From assembly GCA_000708835.1 (NCBI GenBank), contig DF237072.1, positions 62,001 to 126,000 of the forward strand: DNA of 64,000 nucleotides, read 5' to 3'. The translations under genes were made by a program, and so were the position numbers. Origin of the DNA: Klebsormidium nitens. Lineage: Eukaryota; Plantae; Klebsormidiophyceae. Numbering within the stretch: position 1 is the first letter of the stretch; each line of letters begins with the position of its first letter. Positions 47,601-58,831 of the stretch are shown here, piece after piece. Below the pieces are notes generated by a model. That model had not been told where the DNA came from. It did not search any database and saw only the letters and a list, made by a program, of their open reading frames with translations.

Positions 47601-50600
47601 GTTTACTCGTATTGCCGGCAATCCAGGTCGATTACGACGTCTTCGCCTGTGGGGAATACTTCAACACCGAATCCTTGTCGGACTCGAATCGCCGTTGCAA
47701 AAATTTGGTTGCCTAAGTTGGGCTCCGAATTGTTTATTGCCAGTGCCTTTGCCATCTTAACCTTTATAGCGAGATTCCGTGTCTATCTGTTCATTACGTC
47801 CTTTGAGGATTCGATAGTGCCTTCGCCACGAATGTAGGATGGATGCAGCTGCGAGCTGCACCATGCTTTGCGCACACTCCTCTGAAATAAGCATTCTTCT
47901 CAAAAGGTGTTCGTTCGAGCACCTTCTGTAGCAAGTTTTAGGATCCTCTGAGGAACCTGCCTCTTCACTAACGAAGATTCTCTTTCAGGGGCAATGACAC
48001 ATTTCTACCTTGGGACCTTACCATCCCAAGCCTGTCCGAACTCGGACGCCTTCTTTAATGAAAAAGCGTGTTGCGCACTCCGGCCCCATAGCCGCCTTGT
48101 TTCTTGAAAATACACGTCGCGCACTCATTGCGCGATAATGCCTAACCTGTTACAATCGCGTTTGGGACCCATTGCCCGATACGGCTTCTTTGCTTGAAGT
48201 GTGTGTTGCGCATCCGACGCCCTTGCCATTCCAAATCGAGGGATTGAACGATGATCGGTCAGCTGCAATCGTTCTCTGGCACTGAGTCTCTAGGTTGCGG
48301 ACGCCCCGGACGCCCCGCCTGAGCAAAGGTTTCTGTTTGCTTCCAATCCTGTACTTCTTTTGGAACTGTTTAATTCTGGACGGATGCTGTTGAATTTCGT
48401 GGGACAGGCGGCTTCGCTGCTGCCTCTCTCCACTCTCAAAGCTCTCAAAGCAGCGGCACTGCCTGAAGCAGATCAGCGGGTTCAGAAATGTCTGCAGTGC
48501 TTACTGGGAGGCGCGAGAAGAGAGCTTCCTCTCAAGAAGCATCCATCCCCATTGACGGATTTGGACCTGGTTGCAAGGCTTTCTTCGAACAGGGTCCCAT
48601 ATCCTGTTGTGCTTAGACGAGTGTTGACCTTCTGTCTGAGTCCTTTTGTTCAAAGGCTGTTTGAGGTCGGCGATGATCAACTGATAGCGCGACAAGCTGT
48701 CTTGAAAGCTTGTCACGCAAATCGCCTTGCACGCTCCCCGACGACTTGATTTTGCTCAGCTCTCTACGTGGCTTAGGTCATTTTCTGCACTGTCTGTCGA
48801 GTTTTTGTCTCGCGAGCGTTCCGGCTATCGAGTCCGGTCAGGACTTGCTGCTTGGTCTTCTTCTATGTGTTTCGCTGAGCGCTTATTGCATTTGACGACC
48901 TCCGACTGGAGGAAAGCTTTCCGAGACCGCTTTATCCGCGGTTGACATGCAAGACCTCAATAGTGAGATTTTGGGTGAGATGGGAATGACAGCGAAAACC
49001 TGCCAACGCCCACTTTGAAACGACGGACTATCAACCTCGAGTTTCTCCAACTTTCGGGGATTGAGGTGCACCCCACAAACACCGTTGAGCTGAAGCCAAT
49101 GCCCGCTACTTAGTCTACGCTGACCTTCCTTGCAGCTTGTTCCCTCTTTTGATGCTCTTGTCACTTCGGAGACTGGGGCACATCTTCTATCATGAGATCC
49201 GGACAGCTGCACCAAAATTCTATCCGTTTTGGAATGCGAAAGCTCTAACGTCCTACTCGTCTGATGCGCAGCTCTACTTCGCTTCTGCGATTTACAGCCG
49301 TGGCTCCGAAACCGCTGCTGGATTGTTTTTTTTTAGTATTGGCCTTTTGGACACTCTGGCAAATGGTGTTTTGCAAGATTTGACCGAAACTCCGTCTGGG
49401 TCGCGAGATCTCTAACGTCCTATTCTTTTGATGCGCAGCTCTACTTCGCCCCTGAGATCTACAGCAGTGACTTCAGTACGCCGCTGCCAGAGGTTGTCGA
49501 CAAATGCATACAGAGCAGTCCGATTGACACGCGGCGAGCGCTCTACAACGTGAGTGCCGACACATATTTGGTTCTTCCGTCGAAGCTTCTTCAAAGGAGT
49601 GTTGCCAGACTGATGCTGGGTCGTGCGGGCCTACAACAAAGGCTCAGATCCAAGGTGTAATCTTGGAGGAAGTGGCTGCATCGCTCGCAAACGGTGCACC
49701 GTTACGGGGCTGCCCACTACTTTGCGTTCGCGTCGGTTGCTTTTGCGGGTAAAAGTAAACTAGTCACATGGTTTCGCTAAACAGTTGCAATACGTCGTGC
49801 TTTTTTTTGAGAACTTTCCAAAGAACGGCAACCACTTCTGCAACCACCGTTTTTCTCACGTTGTTCCGCCTCTGTTCGTTCTTCCTCATTGAAAACTCGT
49901 CATTTTGCGTCAGCTCGGCGCCTAAGAAGTTGCACCGGGCTCTATAATTTCCGCATCTCGTTCCATCCTTAGGGCCAGTTACGCTCCCTGAACGTTCCGT
50001 TCGTTCTCCGTCACAGAACATTGTGCTTTCCGGCGGCTCCACCCTCTTCAAGGACTTCCAACGGCGACTTCAGCGCGACATCAAGAAACTTGTGGACACG
50101 CGGATTGCCGCTTCCGAGTCGCTTTCGAGAAAGGATGCCACCTTCAAGGTGAGCGACCCTTTGAATCATCTAGAATTAATTCCGCTGTAGGTAATTCTGG
50201 GACTTTTAGTCAGCTCAGAGGGTCCACCATTGTTGCAAGCCTCTTGGGGCTTCGCTCGACTCGCAACCTTATCCGAACTCGCATTGTAGTCCAGGTCTCC
50301 CCCTTTAGCACTTGCGGCCGAGATGGTAGGACCTATCGAAGTAGGCGTTCCTTCGCCCATTCGTTTTCTTCCCCTCTGATCACACTCAGAAGGCTTATTT
50401 GTGCTTATTCCCCGATCTGATTCCGTTCCGTTACGTTCCGTCCGTACCTGGCAGATTCCTGACTGTTCAAATTCGTCCTGCAGACTCAGGCGGTGGACGT
50501 AAACGTTGTGAGCCACCCGATGCAACGGTTTGCGGCCTGGTTTGGGGGCAGCGTTATGGCGTCCCTACCAGATTTTTACACCGTGAGCCGCAAAGCCTTC

Positions 50601-51336
50601 GTAGATTTGTTTGGAACACTTGCTTATGCTTTTGAACCATGGGGCAGCTTACGTCTCTCTTCGGATTGTGCTTTGAAGAGAAAGGTGACAATGAGAGCGC
50701 CATCCATCTAGCAGCTCGTCGGAATTTTTTCATATCAAGGGTGATGCTTTCGGAACCGCTTGCTCCGTTGCCGCATCTTGAGAGCAGACTCCGTTTGGTA
50801 GGAGGGATCAGGTCTTGACCACGAAGAAAGATTTTGTGTCAAGTTCGCGATACTTGCGAAGTGGGCTTCTTGGCTGAAGGAGCGGTTGAATATGGATTCC
50901 CCGACTCTGAGTTGGAGCTGTATATCCGCAGTACCTAAATGTCGGGTCGAAAATGGTTCAGGCCCACTGACTGGAACATGGGGTTGAGACGAAAGAACGC
51001 AACCCTTGGCCATGAAACGTCAGGTAAAGTATAACAGTTTTAAGCTCTGGAAAGGTGCAGAAGTCGACCTTTGCGGTACAGCCAAAAGCGAAGTCACTCG
51101 CTGCCTTATGGAACCAGCAACCAGAAGAAACGGTGACTGGATTGGCTGCACAGTGCAGGAAAAGTTGGGCTTGTGCCGAATCCGTATAAGATCTCCGCCA
51201 CACCCGCACGTAACTCCTTAAGATTGAAAATTTACATTGTTTCGTTGCGCTGCAGTCCTGCCATACAAGAGCTGAGTACGAAGAGATTGGCCCCAGCATC
51301 TGCCGTTCGAACCGAGTGTTTAAGGGGCTCACGTGA
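41677..51336 (+). CDS. ARP3: Actin-related protein 3 (Arp2/3 complex subunit)
   Basis: Exons at 41677-41723, 42534-42747, 43295-43519, 44201-44313, 44726-44852, 45456-45575, 49439-49549, 50017-50148, 50484-50582 and 51256-51336. Motifs: [113 protein letters not shown]. Intron 6 is 3.9 kb. Confidence 0.97.
45563..46290 (+). repeat. Irregular tandem array derived from the ARP3 exon 6 3' end, donor and adjacent intron
   Basis: CCTGGCTCCCGAGGT-like units at 45563 (real junction), 45681, 45820 and 45898, with weaker ones near 46200 and 46275. TTGCTCTC(T/G)TCTGAACACCC-like blocks recur near 45643, 45782 and 45862. Confidence 0.9.
47025..49320 (+). repeat. Series of progressively decayed copies of the ARP3 exon 7 acceptor and 5' end
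   Basis: A near-perfect copy at 49243-49282 (intact GCGCAG acceptor; offset 167 from 49410). Older copies lie at about 49144-49170, 48748-48775, 47630-47670 and 47025-47085; the last reads [13 protein letters not shown] versus [15 protein letters not shown] in the real exon. Confidence 0.72.
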
Positions 51337-52788
51337 AAGGAGTGGGACGTCGTTTTCCAGCCAAGTTAACCACCTTGAGGCCAATGATTACACAACAGAC
51401 GTACAGCCGATGACCGTGACCCGATGACCCCTGGCGCATGACCGAGATGCATTCGTGATTTTCGATTGCCATGTACGCTGTTGATGTCGTCCATCCACGT
51501 TGGGACATGGCCTTGAGTTTTTCCTTACCGCGTTCTCAGCCTACTGCCGCTTGTGTCCGGCCTAGCCTGGCTCGGTGCATGCAGGCAGCTTTCAGTCTTA
51601 GCAGCCGGCAGCATCTATTTTGCAAAGTTATGTAGCTAGTATACATTGCCTGGTACGCAGTGTCAACGTCACTGAGTGTCACAGCATCATCCAATGTTGC
51701 CCAGCGCCGCCGCTGCAGGCCCTGCGCGGCCAGCATGACACAGAACTATCTTTGATTCCTGTAATAACTTCAGCAATTGAAGCTGAGTCTGGCAAGCTGC
51801 ATACCAGTTGGCCAATGCATGATCATTGCTTCACGTAACCTAACGACACTTTAATACACATAGCTGGCAACGTACACGTTTATATGAAGAATTTTTTTAT
51901 AACGAAATTATACATAGTGTACTTAAACCTTCAAGTATAACGAATTGCAAGCTAGCCTCGACCATGCAGGCATCATTCACACTCATGCAACTTCATGCAA
52001 GCTATAGCTTGCAATTTATATCTCCGTACGCGTGCGTACGTAATCATTGCCGACACATGTCGGATCCTCGGAAATTAAGTTCGGCGATTGAAGGTGACTG
52101 TTCAACGTCAGAAATACTTAAACCTGTCCTTTGTGACTGAAGGTGCGATGTATCTAGCTCGCCTCTCCTTTTCAATGCTTCCCTCTTCCAATTGGGGACG
52201 TACACGAATGATGCTTTTGCATGCCAGGATGGAAGAAAGCTAGTTCTGCATACTCGAGTCCCTATTGTCTGGCAGTGCTGCTTTTGAGGCTTCATGACAG
52301 CTTAAAATCATGGACGCTGCATGATCCCATGCATCATGCATGCATAAATTGCCGAGCTTGATGCAGCTAGAACCGCTGAACCGCGGCGCGGCCCGCGCTT
52401 TCAGTAGAATAACGTACACCGACATTTCCAAAACTTTGTTGTACTGATCCGACATCACGACGGTCACATATGATCCGCAAGGTACAGTCTCGAGTCCAAC
52501 GATTTTGGCAACTGTGACAGCATTGAACATGCGGATGGCAGAGACGGAATTCAATATCACCGATCTCTCTTGCACTACTCGTGGTTGACAGTGAGTGATT
52601 CCAAGTTAGCAAGCCTGACTGAGGAACGTCGGATCAGATCAGATACACCAGAAGCAGCTCAGGAATCTGTCTACTTGGCATCCACTTAGGCAATCGACCT
52701 TGAGTACAGTGCTTATAAATCTTTTACCTACACCTATGCTGTAGATCGAGTCCGACTTTGTTGCAACCGACCACGTACAACGCTGGCA

Positions 52789-54204
52789 TCAGCATCGAAA
52801 TGAGCAGTCTCTAGGCCACTTGACGTTGACATCTAAGCGAGGGTATTTCTTCTGGAAATTCATGAAGCCCAAGAATAGACGGTCCAAATCTACTACCATA
52901 GCACTTATGATTGGAGCAAACCTAAGCGTTTGCAAATCAATGTGTATGCTCTTTAAACCTGCTGCACTTCTCGTCAATTTGATGATACTTTCGAGCACTC
53001 CTCTTGGGATGTTCTCAAAACCTACCCTCAAATGTTGAAGCTTTGTGAAGGGTGCAAAGAGATGATTATCCTGCTGGAACTTCAGAAGTCCGGTCATGTT
53101 GTGAGGAATGTCTATGCTCTCAAGATGCGGTAATGGAGCAAGCAGTTCTGAAAGCATCATCCTTGGTATAGGAGTCCCCTCATGAGCTGCAAGAGTCGAC
53201 GCCGCTCTCATTGTCAACTCTTTCACGTCAGGGCACAATCTGAAGAGAGTCGTGAGCTGATTAAATGGTTCAAAAGCATAGGCAATATCGAGCACCGAAA
53301 CTTGCCAAGGTGCCACTTTGACGATGTTCCAATCCTCCCCACCGCCAAGTACAAGGTGGTCAAGGCGGGGTGCATCTACTACCAACCTTTCACACACATA
53401 GGCTTCAAGGTACCTCAGCTCTGGAGTCTGCAGTGTCACAGCAGGGATACTGCTTTCTGACGAAATTGAGAGGCGTTGCAGGGTGCTCGACTTGATGACG
53501 GGACTCTCCAGCTGCTCCACTTCTTCTATGACGAGGTTCTCCAAGCTGGGACATGCGCTGAGAATGCTGGTAACGCACGCATCGTTCAAGAACACACACT
53601 GAAGCTCCAGCGTTCTCAACGAGGCCAGCGCGCACCTTGCCGAGAGCGGCTTATACAGGTTTGCTCTACACCGGAGCAATCTCAATACCCTCAGCTTTGG
53701 GCAGGTACAAAGAACTTTGAACAGGATGTGTGTTTGCTCATCGTTTACTTGGCATATGTCTGCTCCGGAAACCTCAAACACCTCCAAGTTGGGCTTCGCC
53801 TGCGGAACCGCCAGCAGAAATGCCAACGACATGTCATTGTCAGCATGTTGTGGAGGCCTGCTGAGACGGATGAACTTCAGTGCTTGATTTTCCTGGAGGA
53901 ATCGAATCGCCCCAGCGCTCATAACTTGGCCAGCATCACGCCACCAAAGTACGTTCTCTACTTGAGGAATAAGGCGATCAAACTGGCGACACACCGCTCG
54001 CAACTGGCATAACTTCTCCAAGGCGGCAGATCTGCAGCCTGATGAATCTTTTTGTATTGCACCATAGTCAGAGTCGAAGCAAGAGATGTCGTCCCGATCA
54101 GCCTGAGCCGCGAGGACTAGGATGCGAAGGATGAGATCGTCCGACAGCCGCTCCAAAGGGCTCGACGGTCCTATACTTGACACACCGGCCCCACTATCCA
54201 TCAT
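52789..54204 (-). CDS. Intronless F-box/LRR (RNI-like) protein, 471 aa
   Basis: Uninterrupted ORF. N-terminal F-box-like LERLSDDLILRIL...LCQLRAVCRQF is followed by LRR-like segments (CPKLRVLRL, LASLRTLEL, CPSLENLVI, TPELRYLE, CPDVKELTM, LPHLESIDI, FTKLQHLRV). Confidence 0.82.
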   Translation of the reverse strand: MMDSGAGVSSIGPSSPLERLSDDLILRILVLAAQADRDDISCFDSDYGAIQKDSSGCRSAALEKLCQLRAVCRQFDRLIPQVENVLWWRDAGQVMSAGAIRFLQENQALKFIRLSRPPQHADNDMSLAFLLAVPQAKPNLEVFEVSGADICQVNDEQTHILFKVLCTCPKLRVLRLLRCRANLYKPLSARCALASLRTLELQCVFLNDACVTSILSACPSLENLVIEEVEQLESPVIKSSTLQRLSISSESSIPAVTLQTPELRYLEAYVCERLVVDAPRLDHLVLGGGEDWNIVKVAPWQVSVLDIAYAFEPFNQLTTLFRLCPDVKELTMRAASTLAAHEGTPIPRMMLSELLAPLPHLESIDIPHNMTGLLKFQQDNHLFAPFTKLQHLRVGFENIPRGVLESIIKLTRSAAGLKSIHIDLQTLRFAPIISAMVVDLDRLFLGFMNFQKKYPRLDVNVKWPRDCSFRC

Positions 54205-54459
54205 GTGGATCCCGCAAAACTATCCCCAACTCTGCCCACTTTGCACACAAGGAAGAACTACGTTCCGGACGCTCACTTGTCTCCCACAAGCTCAGGAAGT
54301 CCTGGTCGTTGCAATGCAGAAGACGGTAGACCATGCAGTGCCAAGTCGTTCATCGGCCAAGCTCTAGCTCTGACTCTGACTCTGAGTATGGCCCGCCTGC
54401 GCTCTACCTGTCAATGTCGGTCGCCAAAAATTTGGCCGGTTTTAGCCTCGGTTTCTCGG

Positions 54460-54495
54460 CGGGCCTGAGTATAAGGGGCCCTATTTAAAATACGA
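54460..54495 (-). promoter_or_regulatory. Candidate core promoter of the F-box/LRR gene
   Basis: TATA-like TTTAAATA on - at about 54482-54489, next to a GGGCCC palindrome and about 280 bp upstream of ATG 54204. Confidence 0.35.
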
Positions 54496-56077
54496 AAGAT
54501 CGAAGGAGCGAAAGAACCGTCGTCTATCAAGCGTCGGGCATAACTGAGCAGCGACCAACTTTTGGGGACGGGTGGAGCGCGGTCGTTGGAACCCGGTCAG
54601 AACCCTGCCAATGTGCGCATGCGGCCGCGACCTGGTATGGACGCGGCGCCGGGTCGGCCGGGCGAGCGGGCTCAGCGGGAAACACGACAATGCAGTGCCG
54701 ACTATAGGGACTTGGAGATCGATACATAAAGGGGCCACTTTTCAAACTTAGCATCGACAGAGGTCCACGTGATGAGACGTCATTTGAAGAAGCCTGCCAC
54801 TCATTCAAGTTGCGGTGCAGCCAGCTGGACTAAAAGCAGCGATTAAGAGTGAAAGAGTATCATACCGGTGATCGGCAGATTCAATGAATCCTGTGCTCAA
54901 TCACCTAGCTGCACTAGACTGTCACACCGCCGAATATAATATAGCGGTTCAGCATTCAAAACAGGGAACACTGAAGGCTCAATATTGCAGGCGCACGCGC
55001 ACGGGATAACGAAACGCCCACAAGCATGCTGCAAGCTCGATCATAATCGTACGCCCCCTATGTATGCATCCGGGCCCGAATCCCGTTGATCCAGGAAACA
55101 TTAACTTATACATGTCCTTTTAAATGGTTATTCAGAAGCTAGAAGTTCAGGACCACCAGTGTTCCAAGCGGCCGAGCTGGATGATGTCTGAGTGGTCACC
55201 AGTCACACGTTTCATGACAATATCTTGCCCGGCATACTTCCGCGCACACCGGAGGATTACCGCGTTAGTGAAACAACTTTCCCGGGAAATTCTCAAAGAA
55301 AATGAATCAATTATGGGCTGCATCGTTTCTGAACGCACCAATCTAATCAATGGACGGCTACCCTACATACCAATCTACATGCACATACTTGCACCCGCGT
55401 TGCAGATCAGACCGTACGTATGCGTGTTCACCTCTTTATTACTAGACAGTTATATTCATGCCAATCGCTGGTGTGACATTCGTTTTTGAAAGCCGCTTCT
55501 CTGGCAACGTAGGAAGAGTGCACTGTCACATCAAAGGCATTAATGCGGACCTAATTGCAAGAACTTTGCCGGGAGTTCAGAAGGGCAGTTGCTTGAAGCT
55601 GCACCGACGTCACATCCACGTACGGCACATATGCACGAACGGCTGATAGCTTTTGGTGCACGATATTGACGCTATTGGTAACCGGAGAGCCTCTCTACCA
55701 TCTCTAGAAGCAGCTCACAGTGGTTCCGGATGCTTCAGGTGGGTTAGCGAAATTCATGACGCATGATGGCCGGAGTGACTCAGACGGCCTGCATGCAGCT
55801 CTCCTCGTACGTATGCACCTCACTGAAAGAAGTCAGTTAAACCATTAGGGAGACAACGAAGGATCGTTTCTTGGACTTCTTCACCCGTTAGTTCTCCAGT
55901 AGGAGCGCATACCAGAAGCCGCAAAAGGAAGAATGAAACGTACACCTAGTTTTCAAGTGCCGTACAATCCTGATCGTCAGTAACTAGATCGTAGTACTTG
56001 AGTATGCCAAACTCCGCGAAGGCTGATGTACTTATCTATGGAGTTAGTTCTTTGGCGTTCGACTGGAAGCATTGCAC

Positions 56078-57131
56078 TTACGTCACAGAAAGAGCCCACT
56101 TCCAAAAATCCTCGACGTCCTGTCTTGGGTCCAAGCAGACCCTCCAACCGGGGCTGTGGGGATTCTCATACTCCAACAGTGCAAAAAGGTGAAACTTATG
56201 GGACTCGCTACCTGGCCGTTTGCGGATCGTGCCGCAGAGACAGAACGCATCTTGCGAGCTTGCAAATTCAGGGGCCGAACGAATCCAGTTTAGCCCGTGC
56301 TGGCCCAGCAGACTGTCAATGGCCCCGCTCGCCTGAAACGTTGCATGCCAAAGTTCTTCAGAGGTGATGCTTCGGTCAAAATCCATTTCGGGTAAGTCAT
56401 CTTTCGTTATACCAGAGGACTTGAGAGCGTGAAATTCCAAGGCCGGCACTCGAGCTCCTGGTTTGAAAAGGTCACTCTCCTCACCAGCTCGCAATTTTGA
56501 GTACTCCCGCAACACTGCTGCTTTTGTTTCGCCAAAAGCAACCAAAGACGCAAGTGGAAAGCTCACGACTTGGCTCAAACTCCGACTCGGGTTCATCGAA
56601 TTTTTCTCCTGCGTTTCTCTTGCGTTCCTACTATCGAGGGTCATAACATCCAAACGCAACGGGGAGATCGTACAACCTGACCAGCATTACTATCTTTCCC
56701 ACCACTGCTAATGTTGAACCAGTTTTAAGCTAGCTAATAAATGGGCCACGGTTCTTTACAGGGTGTGAATCGGAGAGGCCGTGTCCTGGCCGTGTTGTTT
56801 CAAGATGAGACAGTTGATGCGCTCTCTCCTTCATTCTCGCTCTCATCAGACGTATCCTTGTACCCACCCAAAGCCTCTATCTCGTCACGGTTGTCCAGTC
56901 TGTCTTTTACCGCCTCGCAGAACGCTCCGGAGAAGAGCTCAAGTGATTCTTGACCGTCATCGATGATGGCGCAAAACAAGCTGTTCCAAATCTCATCTCA
57001 TGAGTCTGCACCAGTTTCGTAGAAGGCGCGGTAGGCACACATGGCACGTAGCAAAGAGGCAGGGTCTTGCGCCGCAAGTTTGGCCAAGACAATGAGCAGG
57101 ATGTCGCTTGGGAGGTCTTGTAAAGCGCCCA
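56078..57131 (-). pseudogene. Frameshifted pseudogene of the F-box-like family at 57827 and 61083
   Basis: MGALQDLPSDILLIVLAKLAAQDPASLLRA ends at a stop at 56998. Family blocks continue in shifted frames: IWNSLF...EIEALGGYK, RLMRAR, IVMLVRLYDLPVAFGCYDP (followed by stops), and LFALLEYENPHSPGWRVCLD...EDFWKWALSVT. At least three frameshifts are needed to connect them. Confidence 0.8.
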
Positions 57132-57462
57132 TCTCGCTCTGAATTTCAGCTGCAATTGAGCAATCTGGTAAAGTCACAGAAGCAAACCTGTTTACTACGT
57201 CCTGAACTTGGAAAATCAAGAGGCAAACATGAAAGAAAGAGGGCGCGGACGCGATCAAACCGCGTCGCGTCGCGACGGGCCCCACGCGTCGGGACCTGCA
57301 AACCTCGAAATTGCTTCCTTCTTAACTGCAAGTCACGTGCGTCTGCATGAGACTTTACACCTAAAACCAAGCTTTCCTGAGATTGTCCCCTTGTGAACGC
57401 CCTGTGATTTTTTACAAGGAAGCTGGGCCAGAGAGTCGGCAATCGCACCAGTTGAGCGGAGC

Positions 57463-57535
57463 GTCGGACCCTTGTATTTCCGGTGCAAATATGCGCGCAG
57501 CAAGCATATTTGCACCGGAAATACAAGGGTCCGAC
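57463..57535. repeat. Perfect 32-bp inverted repeat with a 9-nt spacer
   Basis: GTCGGACCCTTGTATTTCCGGTGCAAATATGC (57463-57494), spacer GCGCAGCAA, then GCATATTTGCACCGGAAATACAAGGGTCCGAC (57504-57535). Confidence 0.97.
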
Positions 57536-57826
57536 CGTCTCCCTAGCAGATCTGAACAAAAATACTTCGCCAGCTGTAAGACCGCGGCAGCCTGAGACGC
57601 TGCCCTAAACCTCTCAACTAAGCGTCGGCGTCGCGGGCCCCAGGGCGAGCACGCGGCCGGCCAAGTGCGGCCCGCGCGGCCGCCAATCCCCAAAAGGTTG
57701 ATTGGGCGACACGTCGCAGTGATGCTTGGCTTTTCGACAGCGGTATGATTGAACAAAGTCAGGACATCGACGTCACAAACAAGCCCTGACATCAGAATCA
57801 ACTGGAGATCCTTCGTGGCTGCTGAG

Positions 57827-58819
57827 ATGGGGTTGGCGCGTCTGACCTTGGTAGAGCTCCCAAGCGAAATGCTTCTGATCATCCTGAGTAAGCTGGCGCT
57901 CCAAGATCTGCATTCCTTTATGCGGGTCACCAGAACTTGCAAGACCTTTCATGCCAAGGCAGCGCACGATCTGAGTCTCTGGAGGACTGCCTTTCACGCC
58001 CCTTCAGCCGCGGCAAAAGGACTGATCCAGTTTCAAAACGGAAATGCTTGCAAAGAAGAGCTTGCGAGCTTAGACGCGAACGTTGAAGCATTGGGCGGCT
58101 ATAAGCGCTTTGTAGCAGCACGTTGGAGGGATACGGACAGTCCAGAAGTTGAACAAAACGCTTCGAAACAAAGAGCATCAGAACAAAGCCCAGCTCGTTC
58201 GACAGCCCCTGATTCCGGCGTCTGCTCTCGTTCCGAAAAGCCTTCTCAGAAGGGGGTGATAGAAACTGTTCTTATCCTGGTCAGGTTTCATGAAAGCCCT
58301 GTGGCTTTCGGGACTTATGCTCCTTGTACCGACAAAGAACATTTCAAAGTCGACGGACAGTTCTTTTGGCATAGCGACGCGAAACTCCCAAGTAATCTGG
58401 TGTGCATCGATCTTCAGTCGCTGATTCCAATCGCCGAAATGAGAGCGGCAATTGAGCGGGAGGCCTGGAGGGCAGGTCATGACGTCAGCCCGTCACATCA
58501 CTACCTTTTCGCGGGCACCATTCTTTGCACTGAAGTGTACGCTCTCACAAAAAAGAGCGGTAACGAAGGCGGTTCTGAAGTAGGTGAAAATGCGCTTCGG
58601 TATGGAAGATTCTCCATACATAGAGCAGAGGTTAGCAGTCATCCGTGGGGGCTCATTGTCTCTCAGATTGGCAATGTCATCTTCAACGAGAGCAGTTCCG
58701 ACGATGTTTTCTCAAATGCTCGTGAAGACTCTAGGGCTGTCTTGGATTTTGAAACTCCGGGCAGATCGGAGTGGGCATTCTTCATGGCGGGAGATTTGAT
58801 GGGTTTGGAAGAGGACTGA
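57827..58819 (+). CDS. Intronless F-box-like protein of an uncharacterised family, 330 aa
   Basis: First ATG at 57827 within the ORF listed as 57749-58819. N-terminal LVELPSEMLLIILSKLALQD...CKTF...W is F-box-like, and it shares several blocks with 61083-62099. Confidence 0.75.
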   Translation: MGLARLTLVELPSEMLLIILSKLALQDLHSFMRVTRTCKTFHAKAAHDLSLWRTAFHAPSAAAKGLIQFQNGNACKEELASLDANVEALGGYKRFVAARWRDTDSPEVEQNASKQRASEQSPARSTAPDSGVCSRSEKPSQKGVIETVLILVRFHESPVAFGTYAPCTDKEHFKVDGQFFWHSDAKLPSNLVCIDLQSLIPIAEMRAAIEREAWRAGHDVSPSHHYLFAGTILCTEVYALTKKSGNEGGSEVGENALRYGRFSIHRAEVSSHPWGLIVSQIGNVIFNESSSDDVFSNAREDSRAVLDFETPGRSEWAFFMAGDLMGLEED

Positions 58820-58831
58820 GCTACTGATTTG

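Noticed and set aside
48340-48400. CTGTACTTC, a possible additional echo of ARP3 exon 7
   Set aside because: Only an 8/9-bp match with no supporting flanks; not distinguishable from chance by eye.
55124-55700. Short ORFs between the F-box genes, considered as transposon or viral relics
   Set aside because: No transposase, RT, integrase or capsid motifs were recognised, and no terminal repeats were found.
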